From: Balanoglossus misakiensis
Lineage: Eukaryota > Animalia > Hemichordata
DNA: 64,000 nucleotides
Direction of reading: 5' to 3'
Assembly (NCBI GenBank): GCA_040954595.2
Contig: CM082580.2
Span: 3,338,783 to 3,402,782 of the forward strand
Part shown: in pieces, positions 35,511-49,428 of the stretch
Numbering within the stretch: position 1 is the first letter of the stretch
How the letters are laid out: every line of letters starts with the position of its first letter
Notes under the pieces: model-generated
Database searches by the model: none
What the model was told of the DNA's origin: nothing
The model's input: the letters and a program-made list of their open reading frames with translations, nothing else
Position numbers and translations under genes: made by a program

Positions 35511-37423
35511 ACAGGCCCACCTTTGTGTCTATGCACCAAATCAACTTGTATCTAGGCCCGAAGCCTTATTAAATCTAATACCCTCTGAATGGGAGTAATT
35601 GTCCATAAAAATGCTAGTAAAACTTTAATGCAATTACGTGGGTAACTGGCCTGGCCAAATGTTACTGGATATAAAACGTTTCTTTGCAAGATCAATGACC
35701 ATCATGTTTGAAATGTCTCAGTCCCGGCTCTCCCTCGCAATATGCCGTCCTCCCCACCCACCCACCCTATCTCCCCCTCTCTCTTGTTCTTTCCCATCTC
35801 ACTCGCTCTCTTTCGCTCTATCTGTCTCCCTCCTCCCTGTTCTTTCTCTCTCCCCTGTTCCCCCTCGCTACCCAGAGCCCCCTCGTCTGTTCTCCCTCTC
35901 TCCTCCTCTCCCACCCCTTCTCCGACTTCAGTTGTTCTACGTGCATTTCTCTGTAAATAATGTTTTTACGTCTAGTTATGTGTCATTTGTTGCCCAATGG
36001 TCTTATAAGTTGTAAAAAACATATTTCAAAGCTGTCGTGGGCTATCATGTTTCTCCGAATCGAATATACCACATCAAAAATGTATTGATCACTGCCAAGT
36101 CGACAAACTCTTTCAGAAGATCAGCAACATACAAATTTCAAAGACACAACATAATATTTTGACAACTATATTATTTTCCCCTTTTTTCTAATCATACTTA
36201 AGAGGTAAACTGAATATTTAATTTCAATTATGCGGTATAATATTTTTACTGGGTGGTTTTTCAAAGTCGCAGAAAACATTACGATTTTCGATGCATATGA
36301 TCGTAAACGATTGATTATATTTGCTCAAATGTTATTTTCGTAAGACTAGAATTAGTTCCTGTAAAATGTATTTACTTTGGGTATTTCTAAAACTAGTATT
36401 ACTCACTGACGTGAAATGTATTTACAGTTTTGAACATGTTTTAGTGACATTATTGAACGAAGCACTTCTCAACATTTGACAAGTTTGCTCATTTTTTTTA
36501 TTTATTTGGGATGCATACAATTCAGTAGTTTAATTTAATTTCATTACTACCATTGTGTATATAATAATAAAAAGAATGTAAATTGAGAGAATGTGGTACT
36601 TAGTGCCAGCTGTGCCTTGATTTGCCAGTTTGTTGAAAGGAGTGCTGACGGAGATATGACCGATTAAATTTTGTGTATTTGGTTTTGTATTATGACCACA
36701 CCAGTGCCCATTTATGGAAAGTCCACCCAAGGAATACGTTTTCACTGAAAAGACCAAATAAATACATTCGCTCGAAAGACAATCAGGTATGGCGTGAAGT
36801 GGTCTTTCTGATACCGATTCGGGTCAAATTCAATATGGCGGTACCTGTGCTCTTCTCGTTTCTATGACAACGACTTATCTTCATAAATTTAGTGACTGTG
36901 TTGTTTTGTTTTATGGCCCACTTGAGTAGATTAATTAACTCCAAACTGGAGGGATTACACATTATTGCAGATTATTCCTTTTTACACTAAAAGTAAGTAG
37001 TTTGATTTCTCGGGATTTTAAAATTTAGCTATAGGTAGAACCGCCTACGACGTCCGAAGCGTTTTGTAGAAAGGTGTGTTGTATTCCATTCTCAATCCCT
37101 GATTCTATAGTCGGTGGGTTCTCCTCGTATACACACACATTCGGCTGAGCCAAACTATACAATGTTTGATTTATAATTGTTAAAAACTGGTCTCAAATGT
37201 TTGTCAGCTCAGCTAATCCAGAAAATAAATTATTAGTACCCACCAGGTGGTACGGCTTTAATGTACCATGGTCCCTCGAACCGTACAGAGCTTTGGCGTG
37301 GTTTGGTGTATGTAGGAGTGTGGATGGGTGTGCTTTGACAAAACGATAAAATATTTGATGAGTAATCGACGACCACAAAAATTTTGGCGAAAAAAATGGC
37401 AAAACAAGCGATCATCGTCAGCT

Positions 37424-37552
37424 GTCAGGATGGCCGAGCGGTCTAAGGCGCCAGACTCAAGGTTCACACCTTCCCATTGTATCGATGGGTCACGACGAAA
37501 AGAGCGTTCTGGTCTCCGAATGGAGGCGTGGGTTCGAATCCCACTTCTGACA
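37424..37552 (+). tRNA. tRNA-Leu(CAA) with 45-nt intron (37462-37506), copy 2
   Basis: Identical to 25274-25402 including the intron; T6 terminator. Confidence 0.97.
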
Positions 37553-38242
37553 TTTATTTTTTGCGTTGTTCAACAACACTATAAAGATTTCAAATGTGAC
37601 AAGATCGGATGATTGTGACCCGCCCAACATCGCTTCTTTTATAGCTGGATTACTACTATGGTTGTATTAAAGACGCACTGGCTGTAACTTTTTACGTCCA
37701 TGCTGTAACTACTGTTCATTTTGCAACAGAGACCATTGTATATTAGTTATCTTTACTGTTTTGTATTTGCTTCGCTTTATATATATATATATTTATTTCA
37801 TTGCTTTTATCGTTTTACTTGGTTGTATGGGTTTACCTGGTTTTGTTCAAATTGTTGCAAAATTTGCAAATTTGTAATATTGGGCAATTTTTGCCACTTT
37901 TGGTCAAGAGTCCCTCGTAAAAAGACACATGAAGCGTCACTCCTGTCTTATTATAGAAACGAAAGATAAGGCTTCATGTCCGTAAAGGGCGCTTTACTTA
38001 TTGCATTTTAAACAGACCATATTTTCGTACATTTGGACGAAATCATCTTCCAGAAAGGGTTAAAATGAAACATCTATTAGTATTTTGTTTATTAAATATG
38101 AATTAAAAATAAAAGTTCGATATCACAATATTTTCAGCAGTACTATAAATAATTGAAGTGCAGTCATAAGAATATTCATGATCATATCTTTACTGGAAAT
38201 CCTACAATGCTTTCTGTTTCCACACGAACATCAATAGATAAA

Positions 38243-41200
38243 ATGGCGGAGGCCGAGACTCAAGCACAGCCAACGGCACAACCAACCCCGGAACCTTCAG
38301 CCACGCCAGAGCCGATTAAACCGGATCCGCCTGAAAATGATACCAATGGTTTAGAATCAATACAGGAGGAAGAACAACGTGAAAGTAGGAGACCTAAAGG
38401 TAGGTGTTATATGCCCCCGAAAATTCAAAATTCGACTCAGACGATAACCTACTGTAGGTGAGCATGAATCCATTCTCACCTGGAATCGTGACACGAAGCA
38501 GTTGACTGTTTGATTGTATTTTGACACCAATTCACTAGATCAACATGCATGTCCGTACTTTTATTGGTTGATGTCACTTAGGATGATGTAGCATAATCAG
38601 CTATCACTGATCTGCAGTTGTGCCGTAGAATGTAGAATACATTAATGGAGCAATGGAGGTCCGAGTATCAGTTCATTCCTTGAAACCATTCACATGTGAA
38701 ATGGGGAAGTTAGAATGCCTTGATTCGTTTCCTAACACAACCCCCCGTGTTATTATTACTCTATGCGACACCTTGTAAGACAAATGGCAAAATGAAACGA
38801 CAATTTGGATATATATTGATAAACAGCCCATTAGATGATGGGATGAGAAGGCGTGTAACCCCACGAATATGTGACGTAATGAGGCTAATCGGGTCATTCT
38901 CGTTGCAATCATCACCACACCCCATGATGTTGTTGTCAAGGTCACAGATCAATACGCTGGAAAAGGGGAAACTATATATTTATATATTTCTTTTAGGGAA
39001 TTGAATGTAAATCATACATGAAGAAACTGGCCACCCAAAGTGCCAGTAGATAGTCAAAAGGGAAAATTGTAAAATAACCCAGTCCCTACACCTGTTAATA
39101 ATACAGTTACAGTGAAATCTATCATTACACTATTTACAGGCACCTCTCTGTTCAGGATACCTAGTATAAGAAAGAAATGATGACAATACTGACACATTTT
39201 TAAGCACAATATAGCATCCAAATGAGTGTACCCGAAGAAATATTTCCATTTAATTTTCGCTAATTAATGTAAACAAATACTAGGTACATGTAATATGATT
39301 TATGTAATGTATGCCGTTCAGTGTTCTGTTTCATACAAAAAACTGCATACTAGTTTTCAATTGATAGTAATCAACAGTTCTGGATAATTATCAAGCCAAC
39401 ATTTAGTTTTATGAGGTTATTACGAAAATACCGCAAAGTATGCACGAGGACATTAGCGCCAAGTATCGCCCGACGCATAGCGGAGGGCGATGCGCTGCGC
39501 TAATGTCCGAGTGCATACTTTGCGGTATTTTCGTAATAACCTTATTATTATACATCTTACATCTCCGTTAGTTCTTGTGTTGCATGTTACTTGGCTTTCA
39601 AAACGCCCCAAATGCCGATAGAATACACATTATTACACAGCTCTATTCTGTACATGTAAACAAATTAAATTCTGCTTTTGTTTAATATTGTAGCTACTGC
39701 CTTCAAACAACAGAGACTACCAGCATGGCAACCTATCCTGACAGCTGGAACTGTACTGCCGACATTTTTCATCATTGGTATCATATTTATACCATTAGGA
39801 GTGGGTCTTCTAATCACATCAGAAAATGTAAGTATTGCCAGTAGGTGGAGTACACTGAAGGTTGAATAGATGAATGATGATTCTCACACTTCTGGCATGC
39901 TGAGAGTGTGGGATCAGAGTGTGAAAACAAATTGATCCCACACTCGCACTGAATCGAAAGCTGTATATGACGCCAGCGCTGATTGGTTGACAAAGTGTTC
40001 TTTTGCCAACACGCACTAAATGTTATCCAATGGCGCGATGTGTATTATACGGACAGAGACTACAACGTGCCAGACGACAGTTCCAGAGTCATTTATTCAT
40101 TGTTTTTAATACGAATTTGGCAAATTTGTGACTGTGTAAGAAATAGAATCTCACACACCAAGGACCAGGGATCATATTTCTCACACTCGTCAGGGATATT
40201 TTGGACCACACTGGCCTGTGGCTCGTGTGGGACAAAAAACCCCGAGGAGTGTGCGAAAAGTGATCCCAGGTCCTTGGGAGTGTGTTGGGTATGCTAGTGA
40301 GTATGTGTGTAGGAATTCATTTTAGTCTCTGTTTACTGTGACATCTACCATTGTTATTCACTGAAGATCCCCTGAATCTGTTTTCGGATTTGTGATCGCA
40401 ACATGCTTACTTGTGCATTATAAAGAAAACACCTGTCATTACTGTTGATTTAGCTCTTATTATAACCCAATAAAGCAGTATTATTCCTATTGCTACTTTT
40501 CTTCAGTTTGTTCGTATAAATGTTGATGTTTCATTTGTCAATTTTAACTTCAGGTGCGGGAGATTCAGCTAGATTATACACAATGCACAATGAACAACTA
40601 CACCCAGGGAAATACAACAGTCAGCCCAACCTCATCTTGTGCCGATTTTGTCAAAAATGTCAGTAACTTTGGAAATCATTGTAATTGTACTGTGACATTT
40701 ACTCTGGATAACGATTTTGAAGTAAGTACATCACTGGGATTTTATAGATTTTTAGATTTTATAGGTGTACAAGTTGTACAACCTCTGATTGTTTTGTGAT
40801 TACCAATCCCAGGCTGCTCAAACAAAATGGCCATGCATGTGAATCAACTTACCAGTACGTTAAGTTTAGGGAATGGATAATTTAACCCTTTCACCACCAT
40901 GGTTTGATCTGTTTCCATTGTTTTCAATAGAAATGCTGGACCTTTAACCCTAATGCTACTGGGTGTCATACCTGGTTAGAGTGTCAAGTCCCTTAAAATA
41001 CGTATTTGCCACTTTATCTTCTAAAACGTATTTTGACTGTCTTGACATGGCTCTCATACATACTTATACACACTTGGCAGTCTGAGCCCCCTGAAAAATG
41101 TACCAAATCGTACTGGTTTGCACTGTATTGGTCTGAAGGTCTTGTATAGGCCCTACTGAATAACACACACTTGGCAGTCTAACAGGCCTGGGAGCCAGGA

Positions 41201-44200
41201 TTCTAGGCACCCTGGAAATCAAACCAGTTTCAACTGACTTGGCAGCATTAGGGTTAATAAGCAAGGCCGAATATTAGGACTACTACTCCATCCAATGCTC
41301 TTATAAAACAACTTGGGTAACCATCCTGTTTTTCATGTCTCCTGCAGGGTCAAGTGTACCTCTACTATGGCCTCACCAATTATTTCCAAAATCATCGGCG
41401 CTATGTGAGATCCAGGGATGACTATCAGCTCGTTGGTCAGAAAACGAATGATATAAGCCAGCTGACTCAATATTGTGACCCATTCAGGTCAACTATCCCA
41501 CCGGGTAGTAATGACTCTGTACCTGTTGCACCGTGTGGGGCCATCGCAAACAGTTTCTTCAATGGTAAGTATTTTCATGTTGACAGGAAATGTTCGCGAT
41601 ATCAACAGAGGCGACTATTTCGTGACGATTAATTTTTACGTTCTCTACGAAAAACATTTTACTACACATTGTCCTTTCTCAGCTATTTATTTTTGCATTT
41701 TTTGGCTTTCGAGAAGTTTGCAAAAATTTATTGTTCACCCTTGGTATAAAATAAAGGTGTTTAGCACAAGAAAACTGATCTCAGACCAGAGATGTGCTGT
41801 TTCCAGACCTTGTATTCAACCACAGTCACACTGAGACATCGTGAATTACCTTCATGAGAACAATTTATCAGCCTACCTGTGTACAAATTATAAATGGTTT
41901 GACATTATTAACCTGTTTAGGAAAAAAATTTTCTTCAAATGATTTGTTTCATCTACAAAAGGCCTGATATGACAGCTTTACTTTTTCAAGGGCACTATTA
42001 TCGAGTTGTGTTGGCAACGGTGTCTTTTGTGTATTGTGACACCTCAGGTGACAATGGACAGTAATGAATAATTGATTAGCTTGGTTGTAAAAATGGCTGC
42101 CAGTGTAGGATACATTAATTATTCATGAGCCTTTAGTCAGTTTGAGTGTAAAGAGCTATTACTTGTATAAAGTAGGCACTTTCCTGATGTGTAGAATAAT
42201 TACCCTATGAATAATAATACTTGTATTAAGATACTTAGTGAAACTTTTTGAAAAACGCTAGAAACCGAATGAAAAATATGGTGTTGATGAAGGCAATTTT
42301 TTCGAAATTCTGAAAAGACAAAAACAAATGATGAAATATATTTTCTAAATTAAGTTGTTTGAAATATTTCACATAAATAACCAATTTGAACTTTGTCAGA
42401 AGCAGCTTCTATAATTTCGGTATGCAAAACACATATGTGAATCCTCATGGTGTGTAATTCAGTTTGATACAAACATGTGGGGTAACAGTGTTGTTGATGT
42501 GTGTAGGGCCTAAATTAGGATATGTATAGACTTAGTATATTGGTGATGGTACGGGTCTGGCAGAATTACAGGTACTTGCCAGCTGTGTGAACCTTGACAT
42601 ATGGTACAGTAAAACCTGTCTAAACTTAACCCTGTCTAATCTAGAATCCTGTGTATACTGAACACATTTTCCCGTCTCTTATGTAGAAGCACATGTTAAA
42701 AGCCTCTATAAACTGGACATCTCTGCAAACCGAACAATTTCTTCAATCCCTTTGGCTAAGACAGGTTTTACTGTTCTTGTAATTTCAAAATCAGTGCTTG
42801 GCCAGAAGCAAATGGAAACCTGATATTTTCTCTCTTTTTGTATTCTTCCCCAATCAGACACCTTTGCATTGACCTACCTTGGTGTGGATAATCAAATGAA
42901 CACAGAAGTCAAACTGCGTTACCAGGGCATTTCGTGGAATTCTGATAAAGGCACCAAGTTCAACAACCCTGGTGATAATCCGGACAATCTCACTGGAGGT
43001 ATGTACAAACCAGATTCAGAATCTTACTTATTCAACTCTACCTGGCATTAGTGTTAGGGCCCAGAGTTGTACAGTTGTCTTTTATTGCCAGTACTTGAAA
43101 GATTCAATTGTCTCTGTCTGCAGCTTTCGAGAACACATACCATCCACCAAACTGGCACAAGCATGTCTACGAGTTGGATCCGGAAGATCCAGACAACAAT
43201 GGATATGAAAACGAAGATTTCATCGTCTGGATGAGAACTGCTGCACTGCCCAAATTTCGAAAGCTGTATCGGAAAGTGTACCACGAGTCGGGCACTGTCT
43301 TTCAGCATAGTCTGCCGGGAGGCAACTATCAGCTGGACATCCAGTATGGTATCCTTGTAGTTTGATAAAGTCATGTGGTATTTTATCCATGGGATTGCCA
43401 GTTTTGCTGTTACACAGAAGTGTTTGCTGGGTTTAACAATGGAAATGTTGAAATTACCAACCAACGTTCAACCACAATAAAATGTCTGGTTTGCAAGTGA
43501 GTGAGAGAGTCCAAAACTCAGAAAGCATCCAGTCTCTAGCTGGCTCACTAGTAAACCAGTTTGAAACGAAGACGGTGAGTGGTTTTGCCAGTAAAAGGAG
43601 GTTAGGATAGATCAATGGGCATATGACGAAGAACGTGGTACCAGTACATGTAACAAGAGTCAAATGCTTTGATTGTCATTGAGAAAAAATAGTCAACTTT
43701 TGATGTCTAAACACTCACTGTATCCTTCACATAGAAGAGTTTACCTTAACAGTTCATGTCAGCTTATCCCGTAACCATGTTTGATGGAACCAAACGTGTC
43801 ATTCTGAGCACTTCATCGTGGCTGGGAGGCAAGAACATATTCCTGGGAGTGGCGTACATTGTGACTGGATCCCTGTGCATCATCTTTGGATGTCTCTTCC
43901 TCTGCATTCATCTCAAACACGGAAGAAGGTACATGTCGGAATATTTTACATCCCATTCTCTTCTTGTGTTCTGTTGCATGTTTTACTCCTGTCCAGTGTA
44001 CATCGGCTGTCAGATTTGAACTTTCATTAAGAAATTCACAATAATGATGGAAATTTTCAAAACCTTTAAATGTCTGATGTCCAGTGATGTTAATTCTGCC
44101 ATAAAGTTTGACGGTTGCAAATTTTGTAAACGTGTGCGTTGCCTGTTCAGTAATTGCTAGATGCCCTCACAGCTTCTAATTCTATTGTGTGTTAAATGTG

Positions 44201-45148
44201 TCTGTCTCTGATACAAAAAATGTGGCTTGCTTGGAAATCTCACAGCTGACTGCTGTTTAAGAACATTTACATGAATTAGGCATGTCACCCTCTTTGTTAC
44301 TCCTACAAAAAATAATCTCCTTCCATGTAATCTATGAGTAATACTATGATTTGTTTTCACCGTACCCTGCAGGGACACTGCATTGACCCAAGTTGTCTTC
44401 AACCGGTACATATTTCAATATATTGGCATCCCACGTTGTTTTCTTTGCTTTTCCCCGCTTTCTTTTGACTTTCCAGCAGCAAATTTTGCACTTTTATCCG
44501 TCAAATAGCATCTTCATTGGCTAGCTATAGCGCAACTTGGTGGGTTTCAAAGCTGTAGCCAAGTGCTATACATGTTCGTGAGAATCTGTTGGCAGTAGCC
44601 AGCCCTTGTTTGTAAATTGTCATGGCATAGTATACTGTAAAACACTTTATTTTGGCGAGTTGAAATTTTGGCGATTTCGAGAGAGGCCAGTGTTCGCGAG
44701 AATTAATTTTCGCGTTGTCTTATTTCATTCACTGCATTGTTATCTTAACAAATAATTTACACGACTTTTTATTTTCACGCTATTTTGGCTCTCGCATAAT
44801 TTCGCGAAAATTTATTGCTCGCGAAAATAAATTGTTTTACAGTATATGATTGTATTTATAAACATTACATTTGATAGAACTTACTGCCTTTTGTTGTGGA
44901 GACAAGACTTACCAGTATCTGGCAGTAAACAGGTACAACTGGTCTGCATGGGGGTATTCTGCACGCTCACCTCTTTAGTTTTGTACTTTGTTTTGCCAGG
45001 TTTATTCCAACCCTCTATGTTTATGCATAATTCACTCTCAAACATTTTGTAAGTATAGTTCTCTCAGCTGATGGTGCTTTGCTATTATAAATCTTATTTT
45101 GTGTTTGTCTTTTACAGGCAAGGTGGTGATGTGAACGCCCTTGGCTAG
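38243..45148 (+). CDS. TMEM30A: CDC50/LEM3-family P4-ATPase flippase beta subunit (cell cycle control protein 50A)
   Basis: Exons 38243-38399, 39694-39827, 40554-40721, 41348-41564, 42858-42998, 43124-43348, 43763-43928, 45118-45148 (last exon less certain). Family motifs [77 protein letters not shown]. Confidence 0.95.
39410..39645. mobile_element. Long-hairpin element (Crypton-like), same family as 49230-49428 in the opposite orientation
   Basis: Hairpin at 39414-39542 (aggttattacgaaaataccgcaaagtatgcac...gtgcatactttgcggtattttcgtaataacct) plus a shared tail. Confidence 0.7.
42608..42773. mobile_element. Tc1/mariner-like MITE
   Basis: ta|cagtaaaacctgtct ... agacaggttttactg; related elements at 44633-44842 and 45293-45471. 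Confidence 0.65.
43349..43762 (+). other. U12-type (minor spliceosome) GT-AG intron in TMEM30A
   Basis: Donor GTATCCTT; branch site TTTACCTTAAC ending 12 nt before the intron end; no polypyrimidine tract. Confidence 0.88.
44633..44842. mobile_element. TA-flanked MITE (Tc1/mariner-like)
   Basis: ta|ctgtaaaaca ... tgttttacag|ta with internal ttcgcgaa motifs. Confidence 0.65.
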
Positions 45149-45292
45149 GAGAGAATGAATGCATTGCAGTGACTGAGGTGATTCCGTGTAAACTGATGTT
45201 GGGATGAATCAATACCTGGTGACTCTATAATTGTAGTGAAATATTGTCGTTTCAACAATGAAACAAATATGATTTAAAACTTGATATGTAGC

Positions 45293-45471
45293 ACAGTGAA
45301 ATCTGTCAATACAGACATCTCTCTAATCAGAACACCTCTCTATTAAGGACAGATTTTTTCAAGACAAAAGTCATGGTTTTAATAGAATATTACCTGTGTA
45401 TTTAAGGACACATGTCTATTAAGGACAGATTTTCTAGTCCCAGAGGTGTCCTTAATAGACAGGTTTCACTG
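45293..45471. mobile_element. Tc1/mariner-like MITE
   Basis: cagtgaaatctgtc ... gacaggtttcactg|ta. Confidence 0.6.
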
Positions 45472-47649
45472 TACTTTAAAGGGATTAAACTGTAGTGTGG
45501 TTGCACTCAAATACCCATTTGATTTGATAATCATGAGGATATTGTATCAGGACGTATTCTGAGATATGACTGTTTTACTGCTTGATTGTCATACATGTAA
45601 CCTGTGGTAAGCCTAAACACCTCAGCGTATACAGTATGCTGTATATATATTCGCTGTGGCACCACACAATATTCCAACACTCAACAATCAATGTAGTCAA
45701 TACCTTCAATGTCAATCTTTGAATTTTTATCATGCAAAAGAGTTGTAGTTGTAGTCAAAAAAAATTCACTACAAGTACAAAATGACTGAACTTTGGCCAT
45801 GTCACCCATGAACATATCTTGTATCAAATGATATTTACCTGTAATTATTCTGTGTCTTGTGATACTGCTGTTTTGTATTAATCATTTCACAGGATTGTTT
45901 TTTGACAGTGCAAATGTTTAAACTGTATAGAACTCTGATGGTTATTACATTACTGGCAATGATCAAGGTAGTATATGCGTCTGGGACAGATTTTAAGAAA
46001 GATAATATTCCTCCAAATCGTTCAATTCTTTGCTATATTGAAATATGTGAGGAATGTTTTTGAAAACAAAAACGAAGACAGAATAATTACTTTTATTTTG
46101 CTCCATAGAGTTAACACAGAATTTGGCAGCCATATTGAATTTCAAATTTTTGGCGGCCATATTGAATTTCAAATTTGATACAATTTGGCTCTCTCATTCA
46201 AAAAATTTCCCGTTGACCCCCATTTTTCCCCCTATGTTAACAGAAATTAATCTGAATTTGCCTTGAGCAAGATACAAGAAAGGTTTGACTAATTTTCAAG
46301 CTGTGTATTGCCTAAAAAATTTGCATGACGCTTAAAAAAATATATTACTAAGGAATCATCAGTATTTGTAATGCTAAGATGACAATAGATGAAAAAAAGT
46401 TTTTTTTATCAAGTGATACTGTGTGCAATGTTTATGTTTTTTATTGCTGTAAATAATTAGTTGATTCAAAGAGATATAAATTTATTGTTTTAAACCAGTA
46501 ATAGAAGATGGGACCATTATAAAAAAACTTGTAAACACTTTCCGTCATCATTGCATGTAGATAGTCACCTTTTCACTAAAGAAATCAAAATTTAGATGTG
46601 TTTATTTAATTGTGACAAGAAAAGGTGATATTCCTCTTGGTAAGTGAGATGTTAAAATTTGGTATTTTGCAGGATTTCTCAAATTTCTGGTGTACTACCA
46701 GAACAGCTAGTGTTTCTACAGTCAATCTCTCTGTACACGTTGTGTCATAGTTAGACTGACTTTGTTGCACTTTGAATGGCCGTCTTATTACTATCAAAAT
46801 AAAAATAGAAGAGAAATTAAAGGTTAACAACAGTGTTTTATACAAATTAGCTAGTCATGGTGAAACATTTTCCAAATCAAAATGCAAAAATTTTCAATCA
46901 GAGATGTTGCAAGTGCAATGCAGCCCTGTGTTCTCCCCAGGGTTTTGAAAAAGCGGAATGGCTAATTTACATAACAATATAATCAATTGTTATGTTAATT
47001 AAGATTTGTTGTCTTCTCAAAATTAAAGAGCGGTGGCCACTATGGAGAGAACACCAGCCTTTTCTGTATGCCGTAAAGATTTCTGTGCGACTTTCTGAGT
47101 ATTGAAGCCAGATAATTTTGATCATATCAGTTCATGTTACTTGAAAAACCAATGCCGATTATATACTTTGTGACAAAAATATTGGTTTTACGGCATGAAA
47201 TCATGTACCCCAGCTTTCCCATCACAAGTAAAGCTTAGATGTTGTTGAAACTCTTCTGGTTATATTACATGAATATTGATAGCAGGAGTAATGTATACTA
47301 AACAGATATTTGAGCACAGTGCCCATGACAGTTTCTCTGCAAACATGCATTTCACTGTAATATTTCATCTTTATTTTGTTCAAAAGTGACATTTTTAATG
47401 TATACCGCTTCTGTAAAGGCATGTGTGAGTAATAAACGTAAATTTTTTTCTTCCACTTTCATATTTTCTGTTTGATTTGTTCACATGCTAGAGACAGACA
47501 TTGTCCATGGTACCACTTGCAATATTATATCACACACTGACTATAGTTTTCGAAGGAAAACAGAAGTTAAAGTATGTGCAACTATTATACATCTGGCACT
47601 GAGAACAATAGAATTTAGCGTGCACTAAAAAGCCGTACGGAACGGTTTT

Positions 47650-49192
47650 GATAATTTTCATGAGCTATAACCCATGATTTTTTCGAAAAATCGACCAAAT
47701 TTTGAGATTTCGCAAAGTCGAAAAATTGTCATCTTTTGATGATTTTCATGAGCTATAACCCATGATTTTTTCGAAAAATCGACCAATTTTTGAGATTTCG
47801 CAAAGTCGAAAAATTGTCATCTTTTGATGATTTTCATGAGCTATAACCCATGATTTTTTCCAAAAATCGACCAAATTTTGAGATTTCGCAAAGTCGAAAA
47901 ATTGTCATTTTTTGATGATTTTCATGAGCTATAACCCATGATTATTCGAAAAATCGACCAAATTTTGAGATTTCGCAAAGTCGAAAAATTGTCATCTTTT
48001 GATGATTTTCATGAGCAAAAACCCATGAGTTTTTCCAAAAATCAACCAAATTTTGAGATTTCGCAAAGTCGAAAAATTGTCATCGTTTGATGATTTTCAT
48101 GAGCTATAACCCATGAGTTTTTCCAAAAATCGACCAAATTTTTAGATTTCGCAAAGTCGAAAAATTGTCATTTTTTGATGATTTTCATGAGCTATAACCC
48201 ATGCGTTTTTCGAAAAATCGACCAAATTTTTAGATTTCGCAAAGTCGAAAAATTGTCATCTTTTGATGATTTTCATGAGCTATAACCCATGATTTTTTCG
48301 AAAAATCGACCAAATTTTGAGATTTCGCAAAGTCGAAAAATTGTCATCTTTTGATGATTTTCATGAGCTATAACCCATGATTATTCGAAAAATCGACCAA
48401 ATTTTTAGATTTCGCAAAGTCGAAAAATTGTCATCTTTTGATGATATTCATGAGCTATAACCCATGATTTTTTCGAAAAATCGACCAAATTTTGAGATTT
48501 CGCAAAGTCGAAAAATTGTCATCTTTTGATGATTTTCATGAGCTATAACCCATGATTTTTTCGAAAAATCGACCAAATTTTGAGATTTCGCAAAGTCGAA
48601 AAATTGTCATCTTTTGATGATTTTCATGAGCTATAACCCATGAGTTTTTCCAAAAATCGACCAAATTTTGAGATTTCGCAAAGTCGAAAAATTGTCATCT
48701 TTTGATGATTTTCATGAGCTATAACCCATGATTTTTTCGAAAAATCGACCAAATTTTGAGATTTCGCAAAGTCGAAAAATTGTCATCTTTTGATGATTTT
48801 CATGAGCTATAACCCATGATTTTTTCGAAAAATCGACCAAATTTTGAGATTTCGCAAAGTCGAAAAATTGTCATCTTTTGATGATTTTCATGAGCTATAA
48901 CCCATGATTTTTTCCAAAAATCGACCAAATTTTGAGATTTCGCAAAGTCTAAAAATTGTCATCTTTTGATGATTTTCATGAGCTATAACCCATGATTATT
49001 CGAAAAATCGACCAAATTTTGAGATTTCGCAAAGTCGAAAAATTGTCATCTTTTGATGATTTTCATGAGCTATAACCCATGATTTCGCAAAGTCGAAAAA
49101 TTGTCATCTTTTGATGATTTTCATGAGCTGTAACCCATGATTTTTTCAAAAATCGACCAAATTTTGAGATTTCGCAAAGTCGAAAAATTGTC
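47650..49192. repeat. 88-bp satellite, ~17.5 highly similar copies
   Basis: Unit gattttcatgagctataacccatgattttttcgaaaaatcgaccaaattttgagatttcgcaaagtcgaaaaattgtcatcttttgat. Confidence 0.97.
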
Positions 49193-49229
49193 AACTGAGC
49201 GGTTTTCGATCGATTGTATCAGCATTTTG

Positions 49230-49428
49230 GGCGTTTTGAAAGCCAAGTAACATGCAACACAAGAACTAACGGAGATGTAAGACGTATAATAATAAGGTTA
49301 TTACGAAAATACCGCAAAGTATGCACTCGGACATTAGCGCAGCGCATCGCCCTCCGCTACGCGTCGGGCGATACTTGGCGCTAATGTCCTCGTGCATACT
49401 TTGCGGTATTTTCGTAATAACCTCATAG
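49230..49428. mobile_element. Long-hairpin element end abutting the satellite
   Basis: Hairpin at 49295-49423; reverse-complement match to 39410-39620. Confidence 0.7.

Larger units (their letters stand above)
30824..37745. repeat. Segmental duplication copy 2 (~6.9 kb)
   Basis: Colinear with 18645-25763. Confidence 0.95.

Noticed and set aside
47650-49192. Second CRISPR-like regular array
   Set aside because: Identical 88-bp monomers with no spacers.
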